A stretch of 64,000 nt of DNA from Flavobacteriales bacterium (GCA_023251095.1 JAHEZL010000004.1:48226-112225), one strand, 5' to 3'; numbered from the stretch's first letter, positions 36,829 through 47,260 are shown. Translations and numbers: made by a program. The notes: generated by a model from the sequence alone, not told the origin.

Positions 36829-39800
36829 ATGGGGGCAAAAAATTTCTTTACAAAGAAGTTAAGAGCATTATGTGTTTTCTCTTTTCTTTCTTTTTCTTCT
36901 CTTCAATTATTTTCAGCAGATATTACTGTTTCTTTTTGTCCTGTTTCTAAGATTCAGGCAGGAAAGCAGTGGAATGCAACTATTCAGATTCAAAACAACA
37001 CTGGAGTTATTCTTGATTTAAACAACCCGGCTAATTTATTTACTTTCAATTGGCCAAGCTTGGTTTCTTTGCCATACCCTTATCAAAACGGGACGCAGGC
37101 GGGTACTACCTGGAAATTTAATATAGCGGGTGTTGTTACCTGGGATTCTAAAATGCCTGTTGGTGCTACGTGGTCACAAGCTTTTACAGGTGCTTTGTTT
37201 TCCGGAGTTCTTCAGTTTCCTACATCGGGTACCTTTAAACAAGGCGCTACCACTTATACCGTGTCGGTTGCAAACTGTAATCAAACTCAAAACTATGAGT
37301 TGTACGATGCTACTTTCGATTTCAAACGGGAATGCTTTATTTATTCTCCAACAAAATTATGTTTAGGTCAGGCTGCAACTGAGATTTGGCAAGGTGAAGG
37401 AGTGTTTGATGCGATGGTGCCTACCAATAAACCAAGCTGGGCTATTGCCGATATGGTGGCGCATCGTTTGTTTACCAATTTAGTTGGACAAGACATTGTA
37501 TCTCCTAACTTTTGGATGGCGACGGCGATGAACGAATCAAGAATGACTTGTGATCCAACGATTACTCCGAATTTAACAGGCGGACATACTTACATTAATG
37601 CGAATGCCAGTTCAGGGGTTCCCGGCGCAGGAATTTCCAATACAACCGACAACTGTTTTCAGGTTTTAAATATCGGGTATACCCAAATTGAAAACAATCA
37701 ACCCGATTTATTCGCACAAACAAATGCCTACGGAACGGCCAGTTATTCCACAGTAGTGGATAACGGAAACTGGGAAACAGGTGCTTTGGCAGTTGCTTAT
37801 TATCACTATCAGGATTTGAGATATTGGGATCAGATTTACTGTTTCAATGTTCCTAAAACATGGAAAGATGCCAAAGATCCATATGCGATAGAAAAGATTT
37901 TTTATCATGCTTTTCATGATGGCCCGAATGCAGGTATTTCTTTATTAAACGACATTAAAGCCAATTATGCAGCGGCTACAAATGCTGTCAATATGAATAC
38001 TGTTATTACTACAGGCGGTACGTGGAGTGCGCCAAATGGCGGTAGTAGTATGAAGGTGGGGAACTTTACAAGTTTATTGGATGGGGGTAGCGGACTTCTT
38101 TATCCCGGACAAACAAAAACAAATTACACTACTCAGTATTTGGGTTGTTACAATGCAGCTATCAAATGGACTGATGTGGTTTACTACCTGGGAAAAATTA
38201 AAATTCTTTATCCTAAGTTGCAAACGGCTGCAATACAAACAGCAATTAAAGCTGTGTTTGATGGTATCAACGGCGGAGCGAATGTGAATTTCGAAGACCT
38301 CGGTCCGGTGATTGATGAAATCGTTATTCAAATGGGTGGGCACGATCCTTCAAAATACATTGCCACACAATTCAGCGCATCTCATACTTGTCCTACTAAT
38401 GCATTGGGTATTTCTTTAAGAACCAACGATACTATTTGTCCGGGCACAACAGGGACTTTACAAGTATGGCTGTCGGGAGATGCTAATTTTAAAGTAACCA
38501 TTAAATATCCTGATGCTTCACTGCATACTTTTTCGAATATTAATTATTCTCCTTACAATGTTCCTATTACTCAGCCGGGAGCTTATGAAGTGACTTATTT
38601 TGAAGACAATTCCCGAATTGGTGATTTGAACTGCTTGTTCAGCAAACTCACTGTTCAAAGTAAAAACGGAAATGTGGTGACCTGGGATAAAACCAATGTC
38701 ACCGGAGTAGGTGCTGCGAAATGCGCAACGGGTGATTTGATTTTAAAAAATACCGGTCCGAATGCAGTAGCCATTACTTATACAAAAGACGGGGGAGCTC
38801 CAATCACTGTGAATTTCACTGCCGGACAAACAACAAAAACCATTGCTTCTCCGGGTTTAGCCGGACAGTATATCATCAAAACAATGACGCCCAATACATG
38901 TGGAACATCTATTCTCGATACCATTACCATTTGTAATACTTCCTGTACCAAACCAACTGCTGCTATCAGCGGTGGCGCTCCAATTTGTCAGGGCGACAGT
39001 ACTCAGCTGAGTGTAGCGCTGACAGGAACTTCTCCATGGAAAATTAAAATCAATGATGGTACAATAGTGAAAACTTATAAATCGGGCATCACTACTATTC
39101 CTTATACTTTTTATGTGAAAACTGCAGGAGTGTATAAAATAGATTCAGTGTGGGATGCCACCTGCAGCAATGTTGGAACCGTTGCTACGTCAGCCGTTAC
39201 AGTAAATCCTTTGTCAACAATTGCTATTGCGGGAGATACCAGTATTTGTCCGGGAGGAACTGCTACGCTCACCTTGACTTTAACAGGAACCGCACCCTAT
39301 GCTATCAAGGTCACTACAGGTGTTACTATTGTTAATCTAGTAGCGCCGGGTAATACTTATGTCGTTCCTTTAACAACGATTGGAACTTATACTTTAGATG
39401 TTACCGATGCCAACGGATGTAAAAAATCGAAGACAGTAAAAATCATCAATGAAACTCCGCCAACGGTGACGATTGGCGATACCATTAAATTTTGTCCTGG
39501 TGGAAGCACACCTGTTTCAGTGCCTGCAGGATTTACATCTTATTTATGGTCGACTAACGGAATTACAAATTCCATCACTGTGAATGCAGCAACAACTTCT
39601 CCGGTGTGGATTGAAGTGACCGATGCCAATGGTTGTAAAGCCAGAGACAGCGCGGTAACCAAACAAGGACAATTGTCGGTGAACATCGGTCCGGCAGATA
39701 CTACTTTGTGTTTCGGATCAAGCATCACTTTAGATGGTGGAGCAGGATTTTCTACTTACGCGTGGACGGGCGCAAAAACAGGATCGGCACAAACTTTAGT

Positions 39801-41514
39801 GGCTACCACTGCGGGAACTTATAATTTAAGTGTTACCGATGCTTCAAGTTGTACTGCAACAGATGCGATCAATGTACATATCAATGCGGCCATCACGCTG
39901 AGTCTCGGGACTTCTGATACTTTGTTTATTTGTCCGGGAGGATCCGTTACTATAAATCCTGTTGTTCCTGCGGGAACTTTAACTTACTTATGGTCAAACA
40001 TAGCGAGTGGATCAGCCACTACTTACAACGCTACTTTAGAAGGATGGCACACCGTAAAAATTACCGATGCTTTGGGTTGCAATGCCAAAGACAGTGTGTA
40101 TGTGAAAGAAAACAGCAAGTTGGTTTTTTCACTCGCAGATAAAACAATTTGTGTTGGCGACAGCATCGTTTTAAATCCGGGATATTCCGGTGCAGGTTAT
40201 ACTTTTGCATGGAATACGGGTGATGTTACACCAACCAAAACTGTGAAAACAGCGGGGATTTATGGACTGGTAGTCACCTACAATGGATCTTGTTCGGGAA
40301 GTGATTCAATGAATTTAATTATGTATCCAGTGGCTGATGTTAATTTGGGTGCTGATACCATTTTTGTTTGTGCAGGTGCTACAACATCTATTGATGCAGG
40401 TGGTGCATTTACAAATTATGTTTGGTCGAGTTCGGAACAAACAAAAGTAATCAACAATAAAGCACCGAATAAATATGTGGTGAATGTTACCGATGCAAAC
40501 GGATGTAAAGACAAGGATTCGGTAATAGTATTTGCGCGACCTTTGCCAATTGTAAATATCGCTAATGATATAGATACTTGTGCGGGAGTGACTGTTACTT
40601 TATCGAATAGCGTTAATCAAACAGGCATCACTTATAAATGGACTAAAATAAGCACGGGCGCGAATTCACAGGGCGCTACATCTACTTTGGTCATTACACA
40701 AAATGATACTTATATTTTAACTGCTACTGATGCTTCTTCCTGCAGCGACAGCGATACAGCATTGGCCAATTTCAGAATAGTTCCTGTTGTGGATTTATGG
40801 CCTACTGATACTGCTGTGATGTGTTCGGGTGATGTGTTGCCGCTGGATGCTGCTAACGTGGGTGATACTTATTTATGGAATACTACTCAAACTTCACAAA
40901 CGATTTCAGCCACCAGCGAAGGGTTATATTTTGTTACCGTAAGCAATGGAATGTGTAAAGATCAGGATTCCCTTTACGTTAAAGAAATTACACTTCCGCG
41001 CGGAGTATTGAATGATACACTGCTTCCTTTGTTGCCTTATTATTGTTTCGCCGAAGAAAGTGCAACACTGTCGGCAGCAAGCATGGATAACGTTACTTAC
41101 AATTATTTGTGGAGCACGGGAGCTACTACACAATCCATAGCGATAACTGCGGAAGGGACTTATAGCGTCACGGTAAGTGCCGACAATTGTTCGGTGAAGG
41201 ACGATGTTTCGGTGATTGATTTTTGTCCGACTACCTTCTTTGTTCCTAATGCCTTCACGCCAAATGGAAATGGAAGCAATGAAACTTTTCAGGTGGTGGG
41301 ACAATACATAGAAAATTTTGAGCTATTGATTTTTAACCGATGGGGAGAAATCATTTATAAGAGTACTGATTTTCACCAGGGATGGGATGCTACTTGTCAC
41401 GGCAGAAAAGTACAACAGGATGTGTATGTATGGAAAGTGCACTATGCCGTAAATTTACCGAATGGTAAAACTCAGGAAAGAGAAAGAATGGGGCATGTGA
41501 CGGTGATTTATTAA
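36829..41514 (+). CDS. giant cell-surface protein, paralog of 31160..36691, with T9SS type-B C-terminal domain
   Basis: The N-terminal ~400 aa and C-terminal ~100 aa align with the upstream paralog (PTNKPSWAIADMVAHR // PSNHPEWAIAIAVAWN; CPTTFFVPNAFTPNGNGSNETF…LLIFNRWGEIIYKS…). Same Ig-like module repeats. Confidence 0.85.
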   Translation: MGAKNFFTKKLRALCVFSFLSFSSLQLFSADITVSFCPVSKIQAGKQWNATIQIQNNTGVILDLNNPANLFTFNWPSLVSLPYPYQNGTQAGTTWKFNIAGVVTWDSKMPVGATWSQAFTGALFSGVLQFPTSGTFKQGATTYTVSVANCNQTQNYELYDATFDFKRECFIYSPTKLCLGQAATEIWQGEGVFDAMVPTNKPSWAIADMVAHRLFTNLVGQDIVSPNFWMATAMNESRMTCDPTITPNLTGGHTYINANASSGVPGAGISNTTDNCFQVLNIGYTQIENNQPDLFAQTNAYGTASYSTVVDNGNWETGALAVAYYHYQDLRYWDQIYCFNVPKTWKDAKDPYAIEKIFYHAFHDGPNAGISLLNDIKANYAAATNAVNMNTVITTGGTWSAPNGGSSMKVGNFTSLLDGGSGLLYPGQTKTNYTTQYLGCYNAAIKWTDVVYYLGKIKILYPKLQTAAIQTAIKAVFDGINGGANVNFEDLGPVIDEIVIQMGGHDPSKYIATQFSASHTCPTNALGISLRTNDTICPGTTGTLQVWLSGDANFKVTIKYPDASLHTFSNINYSPYNVPITQPGAYEVTYFEDNSRIGDLNCLFSKLTVQSKNGNVVTWDKTNVTGVGAAKCATGDLILKNTGPNAVAITYTKDGGAPITVNFTAGQTTKTIASPGLAGQYIIKTMTPNTCGTSILDTITICNTSCTKPTAAISGGAPICQGDSTQLSVALTGTSPWKIKINDGTIVKTYKSGITTIPYTFYVKTAGVYKIDSVWDATCSNVGTVATSAVTVNPLSTIAIAGDTSICPGGTATLTLTLTGTAPYAIKVTTGVTIVNLVAPGNTYVVPLTTIGTYTLDVTDANGCKKSKTVKIINETPPTVTIGDTIKFCPGGSTPVSVPAGFTSYLWSTNGITNSITVNAATTSPVWIEVTDANGCKARDSAVTKQGQLSVNIGPADTTLCFGSSITLDGGAGFSTYAWTGAKTGSAQTLVATTAGTYNLSVTDASSCTATDAINVHINAAITLSLGTSDTLFICPGGSVTINPVVPAGTLTYLWSNIASGSATTYNATLEGWHTVKITDALGCNAKDSVYVKENSKLVFSLADKTICVGDSIVLNPGYSGAGYTFAWNTGDVTPTKTVKTAGIYGLVVTYNGSCSGSDSMNLIMYPVADVNLGADTIFVCAGATTSIDAGGAFTNYVWSSSEQTKVINNKAPNKYVVNVTDANGCKDKDSVIVFARPLPIVNIANDIDTCAGVTVTLSNSVNQTGITYKWTKISTGANSQGATSTLVITQNDTYILTATDASSCSDSDTALANFRIVPVVDLWPTDTAVMCSGDVLPLDAANVGDTYLWNTTQTSQTISATSEGLYFVTVSNGMCKDQDSLYVKEITLPRGVLNDTLLPLLPYYCFAEESATLSAASMDNVTYNYLWSTGATTQSIAITAEGTYSVTVSADNCSVKDDVSVIDFCPTTFFVPNAFTPNGNGSNETFQVVGQYIENFELLIFNRWGEIIYKSTDFHQGWDATCHGRKVQQDVYVWKVHYAVNLPNGKTQERERMGHVTVIY

Positions 41515-41521
41515 GCTCCTC

Positions 41522-41678
41522 CTCGTCATTGCCCTCTCCGTCATTGCGAAATTTTTGTACTCAAAAATGAAGCAAACTCATTACATAATAAGTTCACTTT
41601 TTTTAGCTACTTCCCATTATGAGGTTGCTTCATTTTTGAGTACAAAAATTTCGCAATGACGGAGAGGGCAATGACGGG
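41522..41678. repeat. long-palindrome intergenic repeat, copy 2 (arms ~60 bp)
   Basis: CTCGTCATTGCCCTCTCCGTCATTGCGAAATTTTTGTACTCAAAAATGAAGCAAACTCAT … ATGAGGTTGCTTCATTTTTGAGTACAAAAATTTCGCAATGACGGAGAGGGCAATGACGGG. Starts 8 nt after the stop of the giant gene. Confidence 0.8.
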
Positions 41679-41690
41679 AGTGTAATGTTT

Positions 41691-41819
41691 TACCCTTTCA
41701 CTTCTTTCTTCACTTCAGCTTTTGTGTAAGCAGGACAAACTTCATGTGATCCTGTGCAAGAACTAAGGATTAATGACAATAGGAATAAGCCCAATAAGAT
41801 TCTGGATGAGTATTTCATA
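41691..41819 (-). CDS. putative small lipoprotein (42 aa), not in ORF track
   Basis: MKYSSRILLGLFLLSLILSSC-TGSHEVCPAYTKAEVKKEVKG with a lipobox LSSC. Ends in …KEVK like the 14823 mini-lipoprotein. Confidence 0.35.
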
Positions 41820-41929
41820 AGTTAAGTTTTAATTTAGGTTCGACAAAAATAGGAATTTAAAATGAGTATTATTTTTGCTGAATCATAATTGCTCGTCCAT
41901 TGTTATTAATTTAGCACCAAAATTTTCGC

Positions 41930-42802
41930 ATGCGTCATTGTCTCACTTTTCTTTTGTTTTCGTTTTTCTTCTCTTTGCAAGCTCAGCAAAATGCCTTGCT
42001 GTGGGAGGTGTCGGGTAATGGATTGGAGAAACCTTCTTACCTTTTCGGAACCATTCATTTGCAGGATAAACGTGTGTTTTGTTTTACCGATTCCATGCTG
42101 ATTGCCTTTGATAAATGCGATATTCTGGCTTTGGAAATTGTAATGGACTTTAGTGATCCAAAAGCTATCCTTGATAAAATAATGATTAAGGATGAAAGTA
42201 AATCTCTCAAAAATTTATTGACCAAACAGCAATATAAAAAAGTAAAAAAGGCAGTGAGTAAAAATCTCTATGTGAGCATGGTTTTGCTGATGGATAAAAT
42301 TCTTCCCGTTTTAATTGCTGCCGAATTAATGAGTTCGCAAACGCACAAGGATGAAAAATATCCAATGGATTTATATTTGCAAAAGCAAGCCGAGAAAAAA
42401 GAAAAAAAGTTGTTTTCACTTGAAAGTGTAGAATCCCAGTTTGCTGTTCTGGACAAAATATCTATTGAAAAACAAAAAGAAGAATTGCTTGCTGTTGTGG
42501 ATAGCATGGAGGTTTACAAACAAATTACCGACAGTATGATTACTTTATATCAGCATCAGGATATTGAAGCTTTGTATTGTATTACTAATTCGTACAATTC
42601 GTCTTTTGATGAGGCCTGGCAGGAAGAATTGCTGGACAAAAGAAATGTGGCAATGGTCACTAAACTCAAAGAAAAAATGAAAGAAGGATCGGTGTTTGTT
42701 GCGGTGGGCGCCGGACATTTACCGGGTGCAACCGGACTCGTTTTTTTATTAAAAGCACAAGGCTATACAGTGCGCCCCGTTTATTCAAGTTGTACAAAAT
42801 GA
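41930..42802 (+). CDS. TraB/GumN-family protein
   Basis: Signal peptide plus the LWEVSG…PSYLFGTIHL motif of the TraB/GumN family. Confidence 0.8.
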   Translation: MRHCLTFLLFSFFFSLQAQQNALLWEVSGNGLEKPSYLFGTIHLQDKRVFCFTDSMLIAFDKCDILALEIVMDFSDPKAILDKIMIKDESKSLKNLLTKQQYKKVKKAVSKNLYVSMVLLMDKILPVLIAAELMSSQTHKDEKYPMDLYLQKQAEKKEKKLFSLESVESQFAVLDKISIEKQKEELLAVVDSMEVYKQITDSMITLYQHQDIEALYCITNSYNSSFDEAWQEELLDKRNVAMVTKLKEKMKEGSVFVAVGAGHLPGATGLVFLLKAQGYTVRPVYSSCTK

Positions 42803-43653
42803 AGATAGCCGACAATACCATAAAAGCTACCGAAAAATATCTTCGCGATAATTTGAAAGAGATTTATGATGAAAGAGAAATCGCTTCTTTTACTGATATT
42901 CTTTTTGAAGATTTATTGGCTATTTCCAAAACCGAAAGATTTTTAAATGCAGATAAGCGATTGAGTGAATCGGAATTGTTGTTGTTTGTTTATGCCTGCA
43001 AAGATTTAAAAAAACATATTCCCGTTCAGCACATCACTGGCAAAGCATTTTTTATGGATTTGGAATTGGAAGTGAATAAAAATGTTTTGATTCCTCGTCC
43101 TGAAACAGAAGAACTCGTGAGTATTGTTATTCGCGAAAATAAAAATCTCTCAAAAATTATTGATTTCTGTACGGGTAGCGGATGTATTTCGCTGGCGATG
43201 AAAACAGCATTTCCTGCTGCGGAGGTAATGGCTACTGATGTTTCTGATGAAGCTTTAAAAGTAGCAGAGCGTAACGCGCAAAAAAATAAACTCGAAGTAA
43301 AATTTTTGAAAGAGGATGTTTTACTTTCTTCTTCACAATTTGAAAACGTAGATATTATCATTTCCAATCCGCCTTACGTTTTGGAAAGTGACAAAGAAAA
43401 TATGTCATCCAATGTTTTGAATCACGAACCACATTTAGCACTTTTTGTTCCGGATCATGACGCATTGAAATTTTATAAATCCATCACTGAAAAAGCAACT
43501 CAAATTTTAAAAAAAGGAGGGAAGCTCTACTTTGAAATTCATGAGGAGAAAGGAAAAGAAGTTGCGGAGTTGCTGGTGAAAAATGGTTTTTCTGAAGTGT
43601 GTATTTTGAAAGATATGTATGAAAAGGATAGGTTTGTGGGTGGGATTTTTTAA
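42790..43653 (+). CDS. prmC: release-factor glutamine N5-methyltransferase (HemK/PrmC)
   Basis: IISNPPYV (NPPY) motif, SAM-binding DFCTGSGCISLA, and a length of 287 aa. Confidence 0.88.
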   Translation: MYKMKIADNTIKATEKYLRDNLKEIYDEREIASFTDILFEDLLAISKTERFLNADKRLSESELLLFVYACKDLKKHIPVQHITGKAFFMDLELEVNKNVLIPRPETEELVSIVIRENKNLSKIIDFCTGSGCISLAMKTAFPAAEVMATDVSDEALKVAERNAQKNKLEVKFLKEDVLLSSSQFENVDIIISNPPYVLESDKENMSSNVLNHEPHLALFVPDHDALKFYKSITEKATQILKKGGKLYFEIHEEKGKEVAELLVKNGFSEVCILKDMYEKDRFVGGIF

Positions 43654-43657
43654 ATCT

Positions 43658-43782
43658 GTTCGTCACGTTCGCTCCGCGCTCACGGCTTTGCCGGCGCGGA
43701 ATCTTTTTTCTTACGAAGCTTTGCTTCGTTAATTAATAATGAAATACGAGGCGAAGCCGTGAGCGCGGAGCGTGTGAACGAC
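43658..43782. repeat. GC-rich long inverted repeat / bidirectional terminator-like structure between convergent prmC and argS
   Basis: 20-bp perfect arms GCTCCGCGCTCACGGCTT…AAGCCGTGAGCGCGGAGC separated by ~65 nt that contain a secondary hairpin CGAAGCttTGCTTCG. About 70% GC in an AT-rich genome. Confidence 0.6.
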
Positions 43783-43795
43783 GCCCGAAAAAAAA

Positions 43796-45562
43796 TTACA
43801 TCCTCTCCGGCATTTCAATCCCCAGCAAATTCATCCCCTGCGCTAAAGTATCACCTACGGATTTTGACAATACCACACGGAAATTTTTGATGTTGTTGTC
43901 TTCCGCTTTTAATATCTGATGATCGCTCCAAAACGCGCTGTAGTCTTTAGCTAAATCATAACAGTAGTTTGCAATAATTGCCGGACTATGCAATTTTGCA
44001 GCTTCCTTAATCGCATTCGGGAAATCGGTGATTTTTTTGATAAGGTCTTTTTCTTTGGCTGAGATAGTTTCAATACTCCAGCTTAAATCCTGATTTTCTA
44101 TTTTGCGCAGCAATGATCGTGTACGCACATAAATGTATTGTATGAACGGCCCTGTGTGTCCGTTAAAATCAATCGACTCTTCAGGGTTGAAAAGCATGCT
44201 TCTTTTAGGGTCCACTTTCACCATGTAGTATTTCAAAGCGCCAATTGCGATTTTTCGAATCACATCATTTTTTTCTTCGGAACTTAATTCATCCAGCTTT
44301 CCTTTTTCTGCTGTGCTTTGCGCTGAGGTGGCAATCATTTCATCAATTAAATCATCGGCGTCAACAACAGTTCCTTCGCGTGTTTTCATTCGTCCTGAAG
44401 GGAGTTCAACCATTCCGTAAGACAAGTGGAAAAGTCCTTCCCAAAAGGAATAGCCGAGTTTTTTCAAAATCAAAAACAAAACTTTGAAATGATAATCCTG
44501 TTCATTCATCACGGTGTAAACGATACCGTCTAATTTGTAATCGTTGTAGCGATCAACGGCAGTACCAATGTCCTGCGTGATATAAACAGATGTTCCGTCG
44601 GAGCGCAACAATAATTTTTCATCCAGTCCGTCGGCAGTTAAATCGATCCATACCGAGCCATCATCCTTTTTGAAAAACACACCTTTTGCTAAACCTTCTT
44701 CAACTATTTTTTTGCCGAGAATGTAAGTCTGCGATTCATAATAGATCTTTTCAAAATCCACTCCGAATTTTTTGTAAGTGGTGTCAAATCCTTCGTAAAC
44801 CCAGTTGTTCATGGTTTTCCAAAGCTCCACTGTTTTTGCATCTCCGGCTTCCCACTGACGCAATAAATTGGAGGCTTCCTGAAAAAGAGCGGCTTTTGTT
44901 TTGGCGTCTTTTTCCGACATGCCTTCTGCTATTAAAGCCTGTTGTTCTTTTTTATAATATTGTTCAAACAGCACATAATATCTTCCCACAAAATGATCTC
45001 CTTTTTCATTTGTTGATTGCGGAGTTTCTCCATTTCCCCATTTCATCCACGCCAGCATCGATTTGCAAATATGAATCCCACGGTCGTTGATGATTTGTGT
45101 TTTGATCACTTTATTTCCGGCAGCTTTTAAAATTTCTGCAACTGAATGTCCTAAAAAAATATTTCTCGCGTGACCTAAGTGTAAAGGTTTGTTGGTATTT
45201 GGTGAAGAATATTCCACCATTAATATTTTGCTGTTCGGATTGGGAAGAGGAAGTGTGTTGTTTAAATTTTTAAAAGCATTGAGCCAGTATTTTTCGGAAA
45301 CCGATAAATTCAAAAATCCTTTTACCACATTGAAAGCAGAAATTTCGGGACTTGAATTTTGAATAGCCTCGCCTAAATCCTTGGCGGTTTCTTCGGGTGA
45401 TTTTTTGGAGATCTTTAATAAAGGAAAAACAACGATGGTTAAATCGCCTTCAAACTCAGGTTTGGTGTTTTGCACCTGAACTTGTTTGTCAGTGATATCG
45501 GTATTGTATAATTGTTTAACGGCTTTTATCGCTGCTTCAACAAGGATTGCTTCAATGCTCAT
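43796..45562 (-). CDS. argS: arginine--tRNA ligase
   Basis: Class-I HIGH motif SSPNTNKPLHLGHARN, an ArgS-type N-terminal additional domain and a C-terminal DALR-like anticodon-binding region. Confidence 0.95.
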   Translation of the reverse strand: MSIEAILVEAAIKAVKQLYNTDITDKQVQVQNTKPEFEGDLTIVVFPLLKISKKSPEETAKDLGEAIQNSSPEISAFNVVKGFLNLSVSEKYWLNAFKNLNNTLPLPNPNSKILMVEYSSPNTNKPLHLGHARNIFLGHSVAEILKAAGNKVIKTQIINDRGIHICKSMLAWMKWGNGETPQSTNEKGDHFVGRYYVLFEQYYKKEQQALIAEGMSEKDAKTKAALFQEASNLLRQWEAGDAKTVELWKTMNNWVYEGFDTTYKKFGVDFEKIYYESQTYILGKKIVEEGLAKGVFFKKDDGSVWIDLTADGLDEKLLLRSDGTSVYITQDIGTAVDRYNDYKLDGIVYTVMNEQDYHFKVLFLILKKLGYSFWEGLFHLSYGMVELPSGRMKTREGTVVDADDLIDEMIATSAQSTAEKGKLDELSSEEKNDVIRKIAIGALKYYMVKVDPKRSMLFNPEESIDFNGHTGPFIQYIYVRTRSLLRKIENQDLSWSIETISAKEKDLIKKITDFPNAIKEAAKLHSPAIIANYCYDLAKDYSAFWSDHQILKAEDNNIKNFRVVLSKSVGDTLAQGMNLLGIEMPERM

Positions 45563-45599
45563 GAAATTATTTTTGAGCCGCTAAGTTAGTAAACTAAGC

Positions 45600-45959
45600 T
45601 TAGTTTTTAATGGGGCAGAGTATAGGATCTAAAGGATGTCCCAAATTTACTCCAAATCCAGGGTGATCGTACCGGATGGTTTTGCATAAGAGTCCGTTTA
45701 ACCTTATTTCTAATTCAATATATTTTTGGTTGTCCCGAAAAACATAAGCCGTGAAATACCCGTCGGCAGAGCTATGGAAAGTATCGCTCTTCTCTTGTTT
45801 TCCATCGGGATATATTATTGTAAGCGTTGCTCCTGAAATTGCTTTTCCTGCTGCGTTTAACAATTTTCCTGAAATAGTGGTGGGGCCGGGAGGAAGTGCG
45901 TTCTCTTGTTGTGCAAACAAAGATCCGCTGATGAATAAGAGTAAAAACAATAATCTCAT
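45600..45959 (-). CDS. small secreted protein with carboxypeptidase-regulatory-like (CarbopepD_reg) fold
   Basis: The ATG at 45959 gives the signal peptide MRLLFLLLFISGSLFAQQ. ISGKLLNAAGKAISGATLTII is typical of the CarbopepD_reg beta-sandwich. Confidence 0.45.
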   Translation of the reverse strand: MRLLFLLLFISGSLFAQQENALPPGPTTISGKLLNAAGKAISGATLTIIYPDGKQEKSDTFHSSADGYFTAYVFRDNQKYIELEIRLNGLLCKTIRYDHPGFGVNLGHPLDPILCPIKN

Positions 45960-45999
45960 AGAAAGTATTTTCTTTTTGAAGACGAAAATTATGCCATAG

Positions 46000-46029
46000 C
46001 TACCCAACCTTTCTTTTTCAGCATCCGTA
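46000..46029 (+). promoter_or_regulatory. ECF-sigma-like promoter motif CTACCCAACC-N15-CCGTA (copy 1)
   Basis: The motif ends 19 nt before the ATG of 46049. Shared with 52827..52857, 57753..57779 and, inverted, 47408..47437. Confidence 0.45.
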
Positions 46030-46048
46030 GTTTTTAGAAACATCAATT

Positions 46049-47260
46049 ATGAAGAATATAATTTTACGAAGTTTAGTATTTGTGTCAATGTTGTTGAATA
46101 GTGTTAATCTGAATGCGCAAGCCGCTTCGGGTCCGCTCGTTTATAGCGGAAAATCGAATATTATTATCAACGGTAAAGCATTCACCTCAGGTACAAGTGG
46201 GGTGGCTATCACCTTAACCAATTGCTCAAAGGTGGTGATTTCCAATTGTGAATTTATTCTTACTAAAGACATTATAGGAATTCAATTGAACAATTGTAGT
46301 AACGTAGAAATTACGGGTTGTTATTTTGAGAATTTTCGCTCGGGGGTATATGCTGTAAATTGTACAGGCGGCATTAATATTCATTGTAATTCATATAAAA
46401 ATATAGCGGGAATAAAACCACGCGGACAAATGGTGCAGTTCAATACCTGCAGCGGTGCGGGAAATAAAGTGAATTACAATACGCTGGATCATACTTTCGG
46501 ATCGGGCACTCCCGAAGATTTGATTAATATGTATGCGTCGTACGGAACTACTGCCGATCCTATTCAGATCATAGGAAACCAGTTGCGTGGTGGCGGACCG
46601 AGTACTTCGGGCGGAGGAATTATGGTGGGCGACAACGGCGGACATGATGTGCGCATAGAAGACAATATTCTGGTGGATGTTGGTCAGTATGGCATCGGTG
46701 TGCCTGCCGGATACAACATTACTGTGATCAATAATAAGGTGTATGGCGCAAAACAAACCTGGACCAACGTGGGGCTTTATGTTGGTTTACAAGGAGAGGT
46801 GGATGGTGGCTATGCCTGTACCGGAAGCAGTATTCAGGTAAAAGACAATCAGATTAAATTCACCAATAAAAGCAATGTGGTGAACGGCTGGTACAATTGC
46901 ACTTGTTGTTCGGGAGTGGTGCAAAGCGGAAATAATTTTAAAGCGAGTATTACTTCCTCTGTTTTGCCTGCCAATTTAAGTTTGAATACCACACAATGTG
47001 GAAGTGTTGCTACTGCTGTTGCAGAAAAAAAATCATCAGATGCTTTTGATGTGTACCCCAACCCGGCAGAGCATCTATTAGTAGTGACTAATCTTACGGG
47101 AAGTGAAAATGTTCAGATTTTCAATTCTTTGGGTCAGGAGGTGTTTACTGCGAAAAACAATCTTGAAAATTCGCTGATACAAATTGATGTCGATGGATTT
47201 CCTTCAGGAATTTATTTTATTCAAATCAATAATCAGGTGAAAAAATTTATAAAGCAATAA
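46049..47260 (+). CDS. right-handed parallel beta-helix repeat protein with T9SS type-A C-terminal sorting domain
   Basis: Repeated NCS/NCT…ITGC…F beta-helix rungs (VISNCEF, VEITGCYFENF, INIHCNSY). C-terminal VYPNPAEHLLVV…GIYFIQINNQ T9SS CTD. Confidence 0.75.
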   Translation: MKNIILRSLVFVSMLLNSVNLNAQAASGPLVYSGKSNIIINGKAFTSGTSGVAITLTNCSKVVISNCEFILTKDIIGIQLNNCSNVEITGCYFENFRSGVYAVNCTGGINIHCNSYKNIAGIKPRGQMVQFNTCSGAGNKVNYNTLDHTFGSGTPEDLINMYASYGTTADPIQIIGNQLRGGGPSTSGGGIMVGDNGGHDVRIEDNILVDVGQYGIGVPAGYNITVINNKVYGAKQTWTNVGLYVGLQGEVDGGYACTGSSIQVKDNQIKFTNKSNVVNGWYNCTCCSGVVQSGNNFKASITSSVLPANLSLNTTQCGSVATAVAEKKSSDAFDVYPNPAEHLLVVTNLTGSENVQIFNSLGQEVFTAKNNLENSLIQIDVDGFPSGIYFIQINNQVKKFIKQ

